64,000 nucleotides of DNA, taken from a virus. Taxonomy: Duplodnaviria; Caudoviricetes. The stretch is taken from IMG/VR virus record IMGVR_UViG_3300028412_000003. One strand, written 5' to 3'. The first letter of the stretch is position 1, and each line of letters opens with the position of its first letter. This document shows, piece after piece, positions 36,028 through 46,285 of the stretch. A program made the translations under genes and the position numbers. The notes beneath the pieces were generated by a model. It saw only the letters and a program-made list of their open reading frames with translations. It searched no databases and had not been told where the DNA came from.

Positions 36028-39000
36028 TTATCCTAATGTTAATGCGTATTCAATTGCAAGATTTTCAGCATCGCCTGCTGAAATTCCGCCGCCTGCGCCT
36101 GCTAGTGAGGTCCAAAGAGTACCAGTATAAACTTCAACGCGCTTGTCATCTGTATTCCATCGAATTTGTCCTACTTGTGCTAACAATGAAGGTGGTCTAT
36201 CTCCGCCAGCCCCTCTTGGTAGAACTATACCATTTGCTCCACCAAATTTATAATATCCGTCTCCTGTTGACGACAACAAGGTTACTGCATCAAGTTGTAT
36301 ATTCGTTATTGTATTTCCACTAAATGCAAAATCTTCAACAATAACGGAACCTGTTCCGTTGCCGGATAATTGTATATCTTGATTAGTTGCTAGAGTTGAA
36401 ATAACATTCCCGTCAATATATAAATCGTCTGTTTCTATTCGGTCAAATCTTGCTCTTGTTGAATCTATGTCAGCTCTTAATACCCCGGCTGTATAGAATC
36501 TAATTATGTTATCGTTTGCTCCAGGAGTTAGTTCTGCGGTGATGTATGTATCACCGTCGTCGTCAATAACTCCTCCAATTTGTATCCAGCCTAGATCACT
36601 ATAACCTTCAAATCTGTTGTTTGTGGTATTGTATCTCAACATTCCTTCGGTTGTAGCTAATGGTCGTTCTGCTGTAGTTCCAGCAGGAATAGCAAGTGCT
36701 CCTGTACCTAATATTTCAACAATTTCGTTGGATGAAGAAAGTATTAAATTTCCTGAGGTACTAAGAATAGTTGCATCTGAAAAAGATAAATCGTCTATAA
36801 CAATATTACCGGTTCCTGAAGCTCTAAGTTCAAGATCGGCATTAGTATCAGTTGTCTCAATAACATTTCCTGTTATTCTTATTCCATCAAAGTCTGCAAT
36901 TGTTGAATAAATGTTATTCCATTTTAATATATCAGAACCTAAATTATAAGTTGCAGTCAATCTTGGTATTAAATCAGAATCTAAACTACCTGCTATTGTT
37001 ATTGAATCAGCACTTGAATCACCTATTGTTATATTCCCGCCGAGGAATATATCTTCATCTACTATTATGTTACCACTAATATAAACATTATTTAATAAGT
37101 TGATTGTGCCAGATGCTGAATTAAGATTAAGGTCACCGTTTAATGCTTCGATTGTATTGCCAGAAATTCTAATATTACCAGTATCAATTTCACTGCCTGA
37201 AATTATTGTTGTACTAAGACCTTCTGTTAATGTTATCACTTCACCTGAATTAAAGTTAACATTAGCAGACGTAAATTCAATAGCACCTGTTTCTTGATTA
37301 ATATAAAATAGATCCCCTACTCGAAAATCTCCCTTATGATCAACACTTGAGAATCTTATTTTTGCACGATTAAGTTCAACTACTTCATTCTCTTGTATAA
37401 CATCTATTACGTCGTTGTCTGATTTTTTACCAGCACCAACATAGGCCATATTATGACCAACAAGATACATAATAACACCTTCACCGTCACCGTACGCACC
37501 AAAATTACCATATATACTTGCAGATGAAATTGAACGAAGTTCTCCTCCAAAATCACTATAGTCAGCAAGTATTACCTTTGTAGAAGTTGCACCACCTGAA
37601 AATCTTATATCCTGTGCTAATTGTATATCATCAATAAAGATTGTCGACCCGTTAGTTCCGTTAAAATGAGCAAGTAATCCGGTTGAATTATTAGATAAAA
37701 ATTCTGATGTCGGTACTGAAGCAGTTGGTCCACTATAACCTGTTCCGCTTTCTATTCTAAGTTCGTCTATGTATCCAGAAAAAGTTCTTGTACTATCCCA
37801 TCGAGCACCAATTATTAACGGTTTAAGTACTCCGTAATTTGTAGTGTCTACATAGGTACCAATCCTTGTTGAGTTAATGTAAGCAGATGTTATCCCTGAT
37901 TTTCGAGTTACTAATATATATTGCCAAGACCCTGTTGAAATAGAACCTCCGGATATTATGGTTGTACTACCTGCTTCTACTCTTAACGTTGTGCCTTGTA
38001 AATATATTGATATTGCTGAGTTTGAAGCTGATCCTGCTCGGAAATCAACTAAGTATTGTACTCCTGATGTTGAAGTTGGATAGATAAAAAATTTAACTTC
38101 AAAGTCTCCTGTACCAAATCCAAATTCAGTAGTAGCAGCTACAGAAACATAATCTCCTAATCCGTCAAGTAACAAGGAAGCAGATCCAAATTTAGATCGC
38201 ACTGTTGATAATTTTGCATTTCCGTTTGGTTGCAATACTCTGTTTGCACGTTCTGCAAATGTTTCAAATCCGGTTGCCTTTCCGTCTAAGAATACTTTTC
38301 CGTCTGCTGAAATAGATTCAATAGTTCCCGATGCCAATAGTGTTGTATTATCTAAATCATAATACTCTACAGTTTCACCTGGCAAATAAGTTCCGGTTAC
38401 GTTTTCAAATCTTAATTGTGTTCTACCAATACCATATAAACCTGTAGCACCATCAACTCCGTAAATACCTTTATCTGCAAAATAAGTAAACGAATTAACC
38501 CATTCAATTCTAACACCATTTGTATAAGTTATTGCATCAACACCCGGGCATATAAGTGTTACTGAATGAAATAAAACAGCCGCTTCTATTGAAGTTGAAG
38601 TTGCTACTGCTCCATCAAAATATCCAGCTTTTCCTGCATCACCCGAATCAAATCCTCTAGGATCATTTGCGCTAGTAACTGAACCTTGTGTTATAACCGA
38701 ACAATTTCTTATATAAGGAGAACGACTAGTTATTTCAAATCCTGGTGCAAATCGAAAAGCATATCCTGTATTGTTTCCTGCATTATAGAAAAATCCAGAT
38801 ACAGTTAGATCTTCAATAGTAGACCCGCCATTTATTAAAAATGCATCTTCATCATTTGTCATTGGGGTTGGAGTAATGTTAACTGCTCGTAAATTTTCTC
38901 CTTTAACTGTTACTCCTGCCGGTACAATTAAAGGGAACATTTCTTGATATGTTCCGGGATAAATGTGAATAGCATCACCGGCTACTGCAACAGAAAGAGC

Positions 39001-39744
39001 TTGAGTTAGACTTGCAAAAGGTCCTTGGGGATGATCGCCAGTGAAATTTGAATCATCTCCGTTCTCTGCAACATAATAGATATTACCTTGTCTTAATTCT
39101 AAATCAACACCTGTTACCGAAAAGTTATTTGCAGTCAATGTATCTGCAAAAACTTCTCTAACATTAATGTCACTCCATCGATTAGTAAGAGATCCTAAAT
39201 CATACAAATCATCAACTGAAGGTATTAAGTCTCCTTCTATTTCTGCATTTAATGTAATAGAATCTGTATTCTCGTCTCCTACTATGATATTTCCATCTGT
39301 AGAAAGATTACCGGAGATATTAATATCTCCTGTTACGTTTGTAGTAGCAAGTAATTCAATAGTTCCGGTGCCATTTGGATTTAATTCTAAATTTGCATTA
39401 GACTCGTTTGTTCCAATTACATTACCGTCAAAACTAAGACTGTCAACTATTAATTTATTTTGATATATAACATTTCCTGGTGCAGAAAAAGTTAAGGTTG
39501 GATTAGTACTGATAATGCTATTAGAATCGATTAATATTCCATTTATGTTAGCACTGTCAGCTGCAATAGTATCAGTTGTAATAGGACCCTGTATATCAAG
39601 CGCGAACTGTGGAGTTGACGTGTTAATACCTACCCTATTATTGGTAACGTCTAGGTAAAGTAAATCCGTCTCAAAGGCTAGATCTACACCCAATCGTGTA
39701 AGGTCAGCTTTAAGCATGGGACCTGAAATTCGACCAAGTGCCAT
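36028..39744 (-). CDS. Large tail-fibre-like protein with a LamG/ConA-like insert (1238 aa)
   Basis: MALGRISGPML start, GTTAERP...GMLRYNT motifs, KFGSASLLLDG..FGTGDF segment. Confidence 0.72.
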   Translation of the reverse strand: MALGRISGPMLKADLTRLGVDLAFETDLLYLDVTNNRVGINTSTPQFALDIQGPITTDTIAADSANINGILIDSNSIISTNPTLTFSAPGNVIYQNKLIVDSLSFDGNVIGTNESNANLELNPNGTGTIELLATTNVTGDINISGNLSTDGNIIVGDENTDSITLNAEIEGDLIPSVDDLYDLGSLTNRWSDINVREVFADTLTANNFSVTGVDLELRQGNIYYVAENGDDSNFTGDHPQGPFASLTQALSVAVAGDAIHIYPGTYQEMFPLIVPAGVTVKGENLRAVNITPTPMTNDEDAFLINGGSTIEDLTVSGFFYNAGNNTGYAFRFAPGFEITSRSPYIRNCSVITQGSVTSANDPRGFDSGDAGKAGYFDGAVATSTSIEAAVLFHSVTLICPGVDAITYTNGVRIEWVNSFTYFADKGIYGVDGATGLYGIGRTQLRFENVTGTYLPGETVEYYDLDNTTLLASGTIESISADGKVFLDGKATGFETFAERANRVLQPNGNAKLSTVRSKFGSASLLLDGLGDYVSVAATTEFGFGTGDFEVKFFIYPTSTSGVQYLVDFRAGSASNSAISIYLQGTTLRVEAGSTTIISGGSISTGSWQYILVTRKSGITSAYINSTRIGTYVDTTNYGVLKPLIIGARWDSTRTFSGYIDELRIESGTGYSGPTASVPTSEFLSNNSTGLLAHFNGTNGSTIFIDDIQLAQDIRFSGGATSTKVILADYSDFGGELRSISSASIYGNFGAYGDGEGVIMYLVGHNMAYVGAGKKSDNDVIDVIQENEVVELNRAKIRFSSVDHKGDFRVGDLFYINQETGAIEFTSANVNFNSGEVITLTEGLSTTIISGSEIDTGNIRISGNTIEALNGDLNLNSASGTINLLNNVYISGNIIVDEDIFLGGNITIGDSSADSITIAGSLDSDLIPRLTATYNLGSDILKWNNIYSTIADFDGIRITGNVIETTDTNADLELRASGTGNIVIDDLSFSDATILSTSGNLILSSSNEIVEILGTGALAIPAGTTAERPLATTEGMLRYNTTNNRFEGYSDLGWIQIGGVIDDDGDTYITAELTPGANDNIIRFYTAGVLRADIDSTRARFDRIETDDLYIDGNVISTLATNQDIQLSGNGTGSVIVEDFAFSGNTITNIQLDAVTLLSSTGDGYYKFGGANGIVLPRGAGGDRPPSLLAQVGQIRWNTDDKRVEVYTGTLWTSLAGAGGGISAGDAENLAIEYALTLG

Positions 39745-39855
39745 CTTTTTCCTCGCGCGGGGATCCTGTCCCTCAAACCACCTTACATTGCGGGTTTACC
39801 ACAGTTTGTCCTGAGGCGTTGCCTCCTCATTAATAGTATTTAGCGGAATTGTAAA

Positions 39856-42723
39856 TTAACCTAGAACGAGAGCCCAGATGGTACGAATTTCATCAAATTC
39901 TTCTTGATTTATATCTGCACCTTCTCCTAATGAAGGCACCCATTTAGTTCCGGTCCAGGATTCAAGTTCTTCTTCTGTTGTATTGTACCTAGTTAGGCCT
40001 TCTTCTGTTAATGTAGGCCTTTCTGCAGTAGTACCAGTTGGTAAAGATATACCAAATGTATCAGTAAATCTAACTTTACCAAAATCAGTTATATCAATAA
40101 TGAAAGTTGAATTAGTTTCATTTAACCAACTTTCATCATTGAATCCTATGTTTGTACCAATGTAGGTATTTCCAGAACCTCTTGCTAAAATTTCAAGATT
40201 TGAATTTGAATCAGAAGTTGCTATGGTATTGTTCTCTATTATTGTTCCATCTATGTGTACTCTTTCAAACTGAAAAGAGTTTACGTCAATATTTGCTACC
40301 TGTAAATCATCTGTTTTAAAATATATAGAATTAATTATTGGTACTGCTCTAATACCAGTTCTTCCGTCGTCTGAAAATAAACCAGATAATCTTTGATTAA
40401 ATGTAGAATATCCTTCAAAATTGTTTTCTTCAATATTATATCTTAAATCGCCAAGAGTTTCTCTTCTCTCTGCAGTAGTTCCTTTTGCTAATACAAGAGC
40501 AGAATTACCTGACAAATCAATTATATTAGTTGAAGAACTTAGAGTTATAGGTTGATTAAAATTAGATGACACTATGTTAGAATCTAAACTAATATTTGAA
40601 AATCTTACTTTTCCTAATCCGCTTGATCTTAAATCTAAATTAGAATTACTTTGAGTTGTTGTAATGACATTATTGAATATCTCTATATCATCAAATGCTA
40701 ATTTTTTTGCAAACAGAATATTCCAATTATAAGAGTTTGATCCAATGGTAAATCTGCTATCGTCTCCCGGATTTAAATTTTGATCAAACGGTACATTAAA
40801 ATCAACTGTATCAGTTTGTTCGCTACCTAGAGAAATAACATTGCCACTAATGTCTATATCACCTGTAATTTCTAAACTTCCCGAGATATTCATATTATCG
40901 TTGAAATAAATTAGATTACTATTTTGTGAAAGAAAATTAAGATCTCCGGTTACAGTAGAAATAGTATTATCTGTTATAAAGATATTTTGTTGAGTGATAG
41001 TTGATGCGGTAATTATAGTTTCTTTAAATCCGTCAACTATTTTAATTCTTGAACCTCCACTAAAGTTAATATTTCCTGAAATACTAGTAAACCCTTGTTC
41101 AAAGTCAACATAAAATGAATCACCTATTTTATATTTTCCTACAGAATCAATTGAGGTATAATATATTTTTCCATTGTTTGCTTCAATTATTTGATTATCT
41201 TCTATCTGAAGTGTTCTATCATTTTCTTTATCTTTACCAGAACCGATATAATGAAAATTATGATTAATTGCATAGACTAACGTGTCAGCACCGTCTGCTA
41301 ATATACCTTCTTCTCCGTAACACGAGGCAGAACCAATTACCCTTAATTCACCACCGTATTCTGTAGTAGAACCATCTAAACCAATTCTTCCTACGCCTTG
41401 ACTTACGTGAATAGATTTTGATCCAAAATATGTAAAGATATTAATTAATTCAGCACGAGCCCCATTTGTTACGGTTAAGATATCAGCGCCTGGGCAAATA
41501 AATGTTACAGAATAAAATAACATTGAAACATTAGGACTAGTTGAATTTATCTCAGCACCGTCTACTAGTGCTCCCCTACCTGCATCTCCTTCGTCGTAAC
41601 CTCTAGGATCATTATCAGGCGTTGACGAACCTTGTGTTATAACCGAACAATTTCTTACATAAGGAGAACGAGACACAATATCAATTTCGTTTTTAAAACG
41701 AAATGCGTATCCTGTATTACCTATACTATCATAAAAAAATCCAGTAACAGTAATATTTTCAATAGTAGTTGTATCATTTAATAAGAATGCATCGTTGCTT
41801 TCTGTACCTGTATTAGGACGAATAATAACGTTTCTCATTTCTTCTCCAGAAATAGCAACATTCTGAGGAACTTCTAATGGAAAGTCTTCATCGTATGTTC
41901 CCGGAGCAATGTGTATCATTACAGGTCCAGCAGATGATGCATCTGCAGCTTGAAGAGCAGCTTTTATAGTTCTAAGTGGTTCTTGAGTTCTAGTTCCCGT
42001 AAATGAATCACTACCGTTAGTTGACACATAAAATGTGTTTCCTTGTTCAAGTGTAACGTCTTGCCCTGGAAGATTTAATCCTTGTTCAAGAGTTAATGTT
42101 TCGATATTAACTCGATTTGCATATGCTCGTGCATATCTTTTTGAAGGAGTTCCTATTGAATTAAGATAATCAAATTTCGGAACTATGCTACTAGCAATTG
42201 GACCTGATATAGTTACGCTGTCAACCGTTGAATCATCACCAAATGTGATATTACCACCAATAGTTATATTACCGGTAGAGGTTAAATCACCTGATACATT
42301 AACTATACCAACTAAATCTATTTCTCCTGTACCATTTGGAGAAAATTCTAAATTAGCATTAGAATTGAGAGATGTAATTCGATTACCATCAAACAAAAAA
42401 TCATCTGTCTGTAATCCAGGTAATATAGTTTGAGATGCTGCACCTATTGTTAGATTACCGGTTACTACTGATAATGATCCATCTTGTACTGTTAGGTTTC
42501 CGTAATCTTGAGGATCTATTAGGATTACTTTGGTAAATTTAATTCCTCCTACTACTTCTAATTCAGTAGCAGGAGAATCAGTATTAATACCAATTCTACT
42601 ATTAACAGCATCAAGATAAAGCAATGGCGTGCTTAATGCCGTGTCTTTTATTGAAAGATTTCGACCGTTTAGAAGCAGATCTGCTTCTAACATCGGACCG
42701 CTTATACGTCCTAATTGTGCCAT
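39856..42723 (-). CDS. Large tail-fibre-like protein (955 aa), paralogue of 36028..39744
   Basis: MAQLGRISGPML start, SPYVRNCSVITQGS, GTTAER repeats. Confidence 0.72.
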   Translation of the reverse strand: MAQLGRISGPMLEADLLLNGRNLSIKDTALSTPLLYLDAVNSRIGINTDSPATELEVVGGIKFTKVILIDPQDYGNLTVQDGSLSVVTGNLTIGAASQTILPGLQTDDFLFDGNRITSLNSNANLEFSPNGTGEIDLVGIVNVSGDLTSTGNITIGGNITFGDDSTVDSVTISGPIASSIVPKFDYLNSIGTPSKRYARAYANRVNIETLTLEQGLNLPGQDVTLEQGNTFYVSTNGSDSFTGTRTQEPLRTIKAALQAADASSAGPVMIHIAPGTYDEDFPLEVPQNVAISGEEMRNVIIRPNTGTESNDAFLLNDTTTIENITVTGFFYDSIGNTGYAFRFKNEIDIVSRSPYVRNCSVITQGSSTPDNDPRGYDEGDAGRGALVDGAEINSTSPNVSMLFYSVTFICPGADILTVTNGARAELINIFTYFGSKSIHVSQGVGRIGLDGSTTEYGGELRVIGSASCYGEEGILADGADTLVYAINHNFHYIGSGKDKENDRTLQIEDNQIIEANNGKIYYTSIDSVGKYKIGDSFYVDFEQGFTSISGNINFSGGSRIKIVDGFKETIITASTITQQNIFITDNTISTVTGDLNFLSQNSNLIYFNDNMNISGSLEITGDIDISGNVISLGSEQTDTVDFNVPFDQNLNPGDDSRFTIGSNSYNWNILFAKKLAFDDIEIFNNVITTTQSNSNLDLRSSGLGKVRFSNISLDSNIVSSNFNQPITLSSSTNIIDLSGNSALVLAKGTTAERRETLGDLRYNIEENNFEGYSTFNQRLSGLFSDDGRTGIRAVPIINSIYFKTDDLQVANIDVNSFQFERVHIDGTIIENNTIATSDSNSNLEILARGSGNTYIGTNIGFNDESWLNETNSTFIIDITDFGKVRFTDTFGISLPTGTTAERPTLTEEGLTRYNTTEEELESWTGTKWVPSLGEGADINQEEFDEIRTIWALVLG

Positions 42724-42753
42724 ATATTACCCCTTATGAGTATTTATAGCATA

Positions 42754-43257
42754 TCACTTATCAAAATTGTGTAATACTGTAACTGGTTTTCCTAGAGGCG
42801 GTGGAGTTCCAAATTGTATATAAAATCCAGGTGCATAAGGACCAGCTGGGTTTTGAACTAATGTATAATTGGTGGTTGCTATTTGAAAAACATTTTCAAC
42901 TAATACCAAAATTGATTCTGCGCTGTCTGGAACAGGAAACGAAGGATCTCCTGAATTTAATGGACCAAATACTGTTTCAGCATCGTCACCAACGCCAAGA
43001 TTTTGTTGCACAATATTTCCAGGAGCAGAAGTACCAATATCAGTCCAGGAATTTCCAACATAAAATTCAAAAATATTATTATCAGTATTGTAACGCATCA
43101 TTCCATTTTCAGGAGTTTGTGGACGTTCACTTGTATTTCCAATTGGCACCCTTACTGATTTAGTTGAGTCCATAACAATTTCTCGATTGGTTTCGTACCG
43201 GACACCGTTACCTCGTATAACTCTTAAATTTGTAGAATTTGCTTTAATTAATCTCAT
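42754..43257 (-). CDS. Virion structural protein
   Basis: PIGNTSERP..GMMRYNT motif; VLVENVFQIA. Confidence 0.6.
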   Translation of the reverse strand: MRLIKANSTNLRVIRGNGVRYETNREIVMDSTKSVRVPIGNTSERPQTPENGMMRYNTDNNIFEFYVGNSWTDIGTSAPGNIVQQNLGVGDDAETVFGPLNSGDPSFPVPDSAESILVLVENVFQIATTNYTLVQNPAGPYAPGFYIQFGTPPPLGKPVTVLHNFDK

Positions 43258-43595
43258 TATACTTCCAAATAACTCACAGTTGCTGATAAAGTATTAGGAG
43301 AATCGCCGACTACTACAATGCTGTCGCCGTCGCCTAATATTATTTTTTCTGAATCAAAAGTAAATGTTTCTCCAGCCGGAAGCTCAAGATCATTTATAAC
43401 CTGATTAGTAGTATTTTTTGGATCACCTTGTTGGACAAGGTGCATATCAAAGGTTGTTTTACCATCATCTTCGTCAAGTGGATTTGGTGTCCAAGTATTG
43501 CAGACTAAGATTGTTGTTACCGCATATTGTTTACCTGCTGGTACGAGTAATAATACGGTGTCAGTACTCGCTATTGCCACGCTATTTATTGCCAT
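43257..43595 (-). CDS. Small virion protein
   Basis: 112 aa; ETFTFDSEKIILGDGD. Confidence 0.55.
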   Translation of the reverse strand: MAINSVAIASTDTVLLLVPAGKQYAVTTILVCNTWTPNPLDEDDGKTTFDMHLVQQGDPKNTTNQVINDLELPAGETFTFDSEKIILGDGDSIVVVGDSPNTLSATVSYLEV

Positions 43596-43605
43596 TTTTG
43601 TTCCT

Positions 43606-44592
43606 TTAGAATATCATGCTTAAAACTAAGGCTTTATTCTTTGAAATTAATTCTCCACCTGTGTCATTAGCAGTAACAAAGTATATACCAGTTCCGCCTG
43701 TTCCTTCAGTGCTAGTATAGATTGCAACACCATCTACTGGTGTTGGAGGTGTAGTAGTTAGATCATCAATACCAGGAACTGAATTAATAACGATTGTATC
43801 ATCTATTCTAATTACTCCTGTTCCTGGAGAAGATAATACAAGATCTTGGTTAGAATCAATTACTTGTATCTTCGTTCCATCAAATCGAAAACCTGCTACT
43901 TCAAATCTATCAGGCGTTAAGGTTGAAACAACAACTCCATCTAACGCAATTTCAATAGAACTAGGATCACCTGTAGTTTCAAAATCTTGTACTTCAATGT
44001 ATGATTTTGTAACAGTTCCATCTTCAATTCTAACTTGGAAAACTGAAGTTAAAGAAGCGGCAATTGCATCGTCTACGAATTTTTTGTTAGGTATGTCATT
44101 ATCATCTGTAACAAAACTTGAATAGTTTGCACTGATAACTGCTAATACACCGTCGCCACCGTCAAAATCAAAATTGATGTCAGAGTCTGTTCCGCCATCA
44201 TGTGCAACAATTGCAGTGGTTTTTATAGCAAGAGTTTTATCATTTCCGTCTTTGCTATGCCATGCTCCTGTTACTGTAGTTTCAGTTATTGGATCTTCAT
44301 ATGTTATTGAATCATCAAATACCCAACGTGCATTAACTAAACTACCTCTTTCAATTTCTAAACCTGAAGTACCTAAAGTAATTCCTGCGCCTTGTTCACC
44401 ACTATTGAGGACAATTGTATTGTCCTCAATAGTCATTTCAGAAGTATTAATAGTTGTGGTTGTTCCATCAACTATTAAGTTACCTGTTATACGAACAAAG
44501 CCTTGATCAATTCCAGTGTCAAGAAGAATGGTTCCTCCGTCTTGAACGTAGATATTATAATTACCATTAGGTATATTGAGGACTTTGCTCAT
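43606..44592 (-). CDS. Virion structural protein
   Basis: ITGNLIVDGTTTTIN..IEDNTIVLN fibre-like motif. Confidence 0.6.
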   Translation of the reverse strand: MSKVLNIPNGNYNIYVQDGGTILLDTGIDQGFVRITGNLIVDGTTTTINTSEMTIEDNTIVLNSGEQGAGITLGTSGLEIERGSLVNARWVFDDSITYEDPITETTVTGAWHSKDGNDKTLAIKTTAIVAHDGGTDSDINFDFDGGDGVLAVISANYSSFVTDDNDIPNKKFVDDAIAASLTSVFQVRIEDGTVTKSYIEVQDFETTGDPSSIEIALDGVVVSTLTPDRFEVAGFRFDGTKIQVIDSNQDLVLSSPGTGVIRIDDTIVINSVPGIDDLTTTPPTPVDGVAIYTSTEGTGGTGIYFVTANDTGGELISKNKALVLSMIF

Positions 44593-44602
44593 TTATCAAT
44601 CC

Positions 44603-44962
44603 TTAAACTGCTGTTAGTATAAGTACGGTTTCTGTTGAATCGTCTTGTACTTCCCATGTATAACGATTGCTGTTAAAGTCAATTGCTGTACGATTAAACA
44701 ATTTTTGAATAGTAACTCGACCAACTCCGCCTGAAACATTACCAAAAATAACCATTTCACCTTCTGCAATAGCACCAATTGCTTTATCAACAAGTCTGCA
44801 ATCAAGTGTAGTTGTACCGTCGGTTACTTTAAATTTATTTGTTCCTCTTTGAGAGATAATATATGCTGTATCAACAGCGCCATTACCTGTATCTGCTTCA
44901 ACACGCAGTTGTGTTCCACCTACCGGATCACCAAAATATCTTTTATTTACTGGACGTCCCAT
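44603..44962 (-). CDS. Hypothetical virion protein downstream of the capsid gene
   Basis: MGRPVNKRYFG; strong SD GGAGA; own late promoter. Confidence 0.6.
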   Translation of the reverse strand: MGRPVNKRYFGDPVGGTQLRVEADTGNGAVDTAYIISQRGTNKFKVTDGTTTLDCRLVDKAIGAIAEGEMVIFGNVSGGVGRVTIQKLFNRTAIDFNSNRYTWEVQDDSTETVLILTAV

Positions 44963-45050
44963 TTGTTTTCTCCTTTGACGTTCTAGGTCATTACGGGGTG
45001 GGTAACCCCATAAGTCCGTTGTTACGGTTCTTTGACATTGTATTTATGTC

Positions 45051-45078
45051 AAAAGGAAAGGCCCTTTCGGGCCTTTCC
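45051..45078 (-). terminator. Terminator after the major capsid gene
   Basis: 10-bp stem GGAAAGGCCC-GAAA-GGGCCTTTCC followed by TTTT. Confidence 0.85.
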
Positions 45079-45094
45079 AACTTGTTTTTCAGTA

Positions 45095-46273
45095 TTACTG
45101 GAAAGTAACGGTACCGTTAGTAATTCCAACAAGACCTAGATAGTCAGCTGCATTACCAAGCGACGAAGCTGTGTTGTTAAGCTCAACATACCCGTAACGA
45201 GTCATAAAGCTAACGACTGGCTCAAAAGTCGATGGATCAAGCACTGTACCAGAGCTCATTAGTGGTATATATGGGCAGTAGAATGCAGGAGCATCCGACT
45301 CACTAGCACCCTTATAACCAACAAGAACGCCGGTGCTGTCTGATGCATAGGTGTTCACATAAACGCGCATTGAACCGTTTAGAGTACCAGCAAACTTTGT
45401 GTTTGTTGGTGCTTCAAACGAACCTTCAGTTGTACGTGCAAATGCCGAAGTAGTTGCACTCTGTAGGATGGTTAGCGTGAATGGTGAAACAACACACCAG
45501 TTACCAGCGCCACGACGTGTGCGCTGTGCGATCAAGTTTGATACTCTGTTGATCTGAACAGCAAGAGCTGCGTGCTCGTCACCAACGAAAGTAGCAGTAC
45601 CAGAAACGCTTGACTGATCATATGTAAGTGCCGCAGCGCCCGCAAGTGAGTTTAGGCTCTGTAGAACTTCCTGATCAATTTCAGCAGTAATTTCCTGTGC
45701 TAATGCCGCCATGATTTCTGCCTCAACATCAATACCGTGTTGTGACTGAGCATCCTGTGCAGATTCAAAAGTCCAGCGAGCAGATAGCTTACGCGTCTTT
45801 GCTTCGACTGTTTGCTTTAGGATCTGGATGTTCATGCGGTTACCAGGAACAGCTTCAAGACTAGCTGTTGGTCCAGCCTTATCATCTGCAGCGTTACCGG
45901 AGTAACCCTCTGCAATCTTGAATGGGCTGAGTGCTTCTTCACCTGCTCCAACATCAGTACCAGTAGCACTGTTGAATGAATCGGCGTAGCGTACACGTAG
46001 AGTGTGGATCTGACCAACCGGACCAGTCATAGGCTGTACGCCAACTAGTTCGTTTGCAATTACAGTAGGCATAACCCTACGGATAACTGGCAGGATGACC
46101 CTGTTTAGTGTTGCAACGTTACCTGCGCTTGTCGCGCCTGCAGTTGCGGTTTCTGCAAGATACTTGCGGGTATTTTCAAGTGTGACGTCCATGACACCTT
46201 TTTTGGTACCATTAAGCCCCTCTAAAAGAGCACCCTTAGTTTCTTGCCAGCGGCTTTCTAATAGTTCTGACAT
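45095..46273 (-). CDS. gp23: Major capsid protein
   Basis: VGVQPMTGPVGQI, VEAKTRKLSARWT, EITAEIDQE, FYCPYIPL, FMTRYG. Confidence 0.97.
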   Translation of the reverse strand: MSELLESRWQETKGALLEGLNGTKKGVMDVTLENTRKYLAETATAGATSAGNVATLNRVILPVIRRVMPTVIANELVGVQPMTGPVGQIHTLRVRYADSFNSATGTDVGAGEEALSPFKIAEGYSGNAADDKAGPTASLEAVPGNRMNIQILKQTVEAKTRKLSARWTFESAQDAQSQHGIDVEAEIMAALAQEITAEIDQEVLQSLNSLAGAAALTYDQSSVSGTATFVGDEHAALAVQINRVSNLIAQRTRRGAGNWCVVSPFTLTILQSATTSAFARTTEGSFEAPTNTKFAGTLNGSMRVYVNTYASDSTGVLVGYKGASESDAPAFYCPYIPLMSSGTVLDPSTFEPVVSFMTRYGYVELNNTASSLGNAADYLGLVGITNGTVTFQ

Positions 46274-46285
46274 AGTGTTCTCCTT

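Noticed and set aside
20840-42723. Diversity-generating retroelement acting on the fibre genes
   Set aside because: No reverse transcriptase in the window; the repeated patches are short, in-frame in both copies and lack an adenine-specific mismatch series
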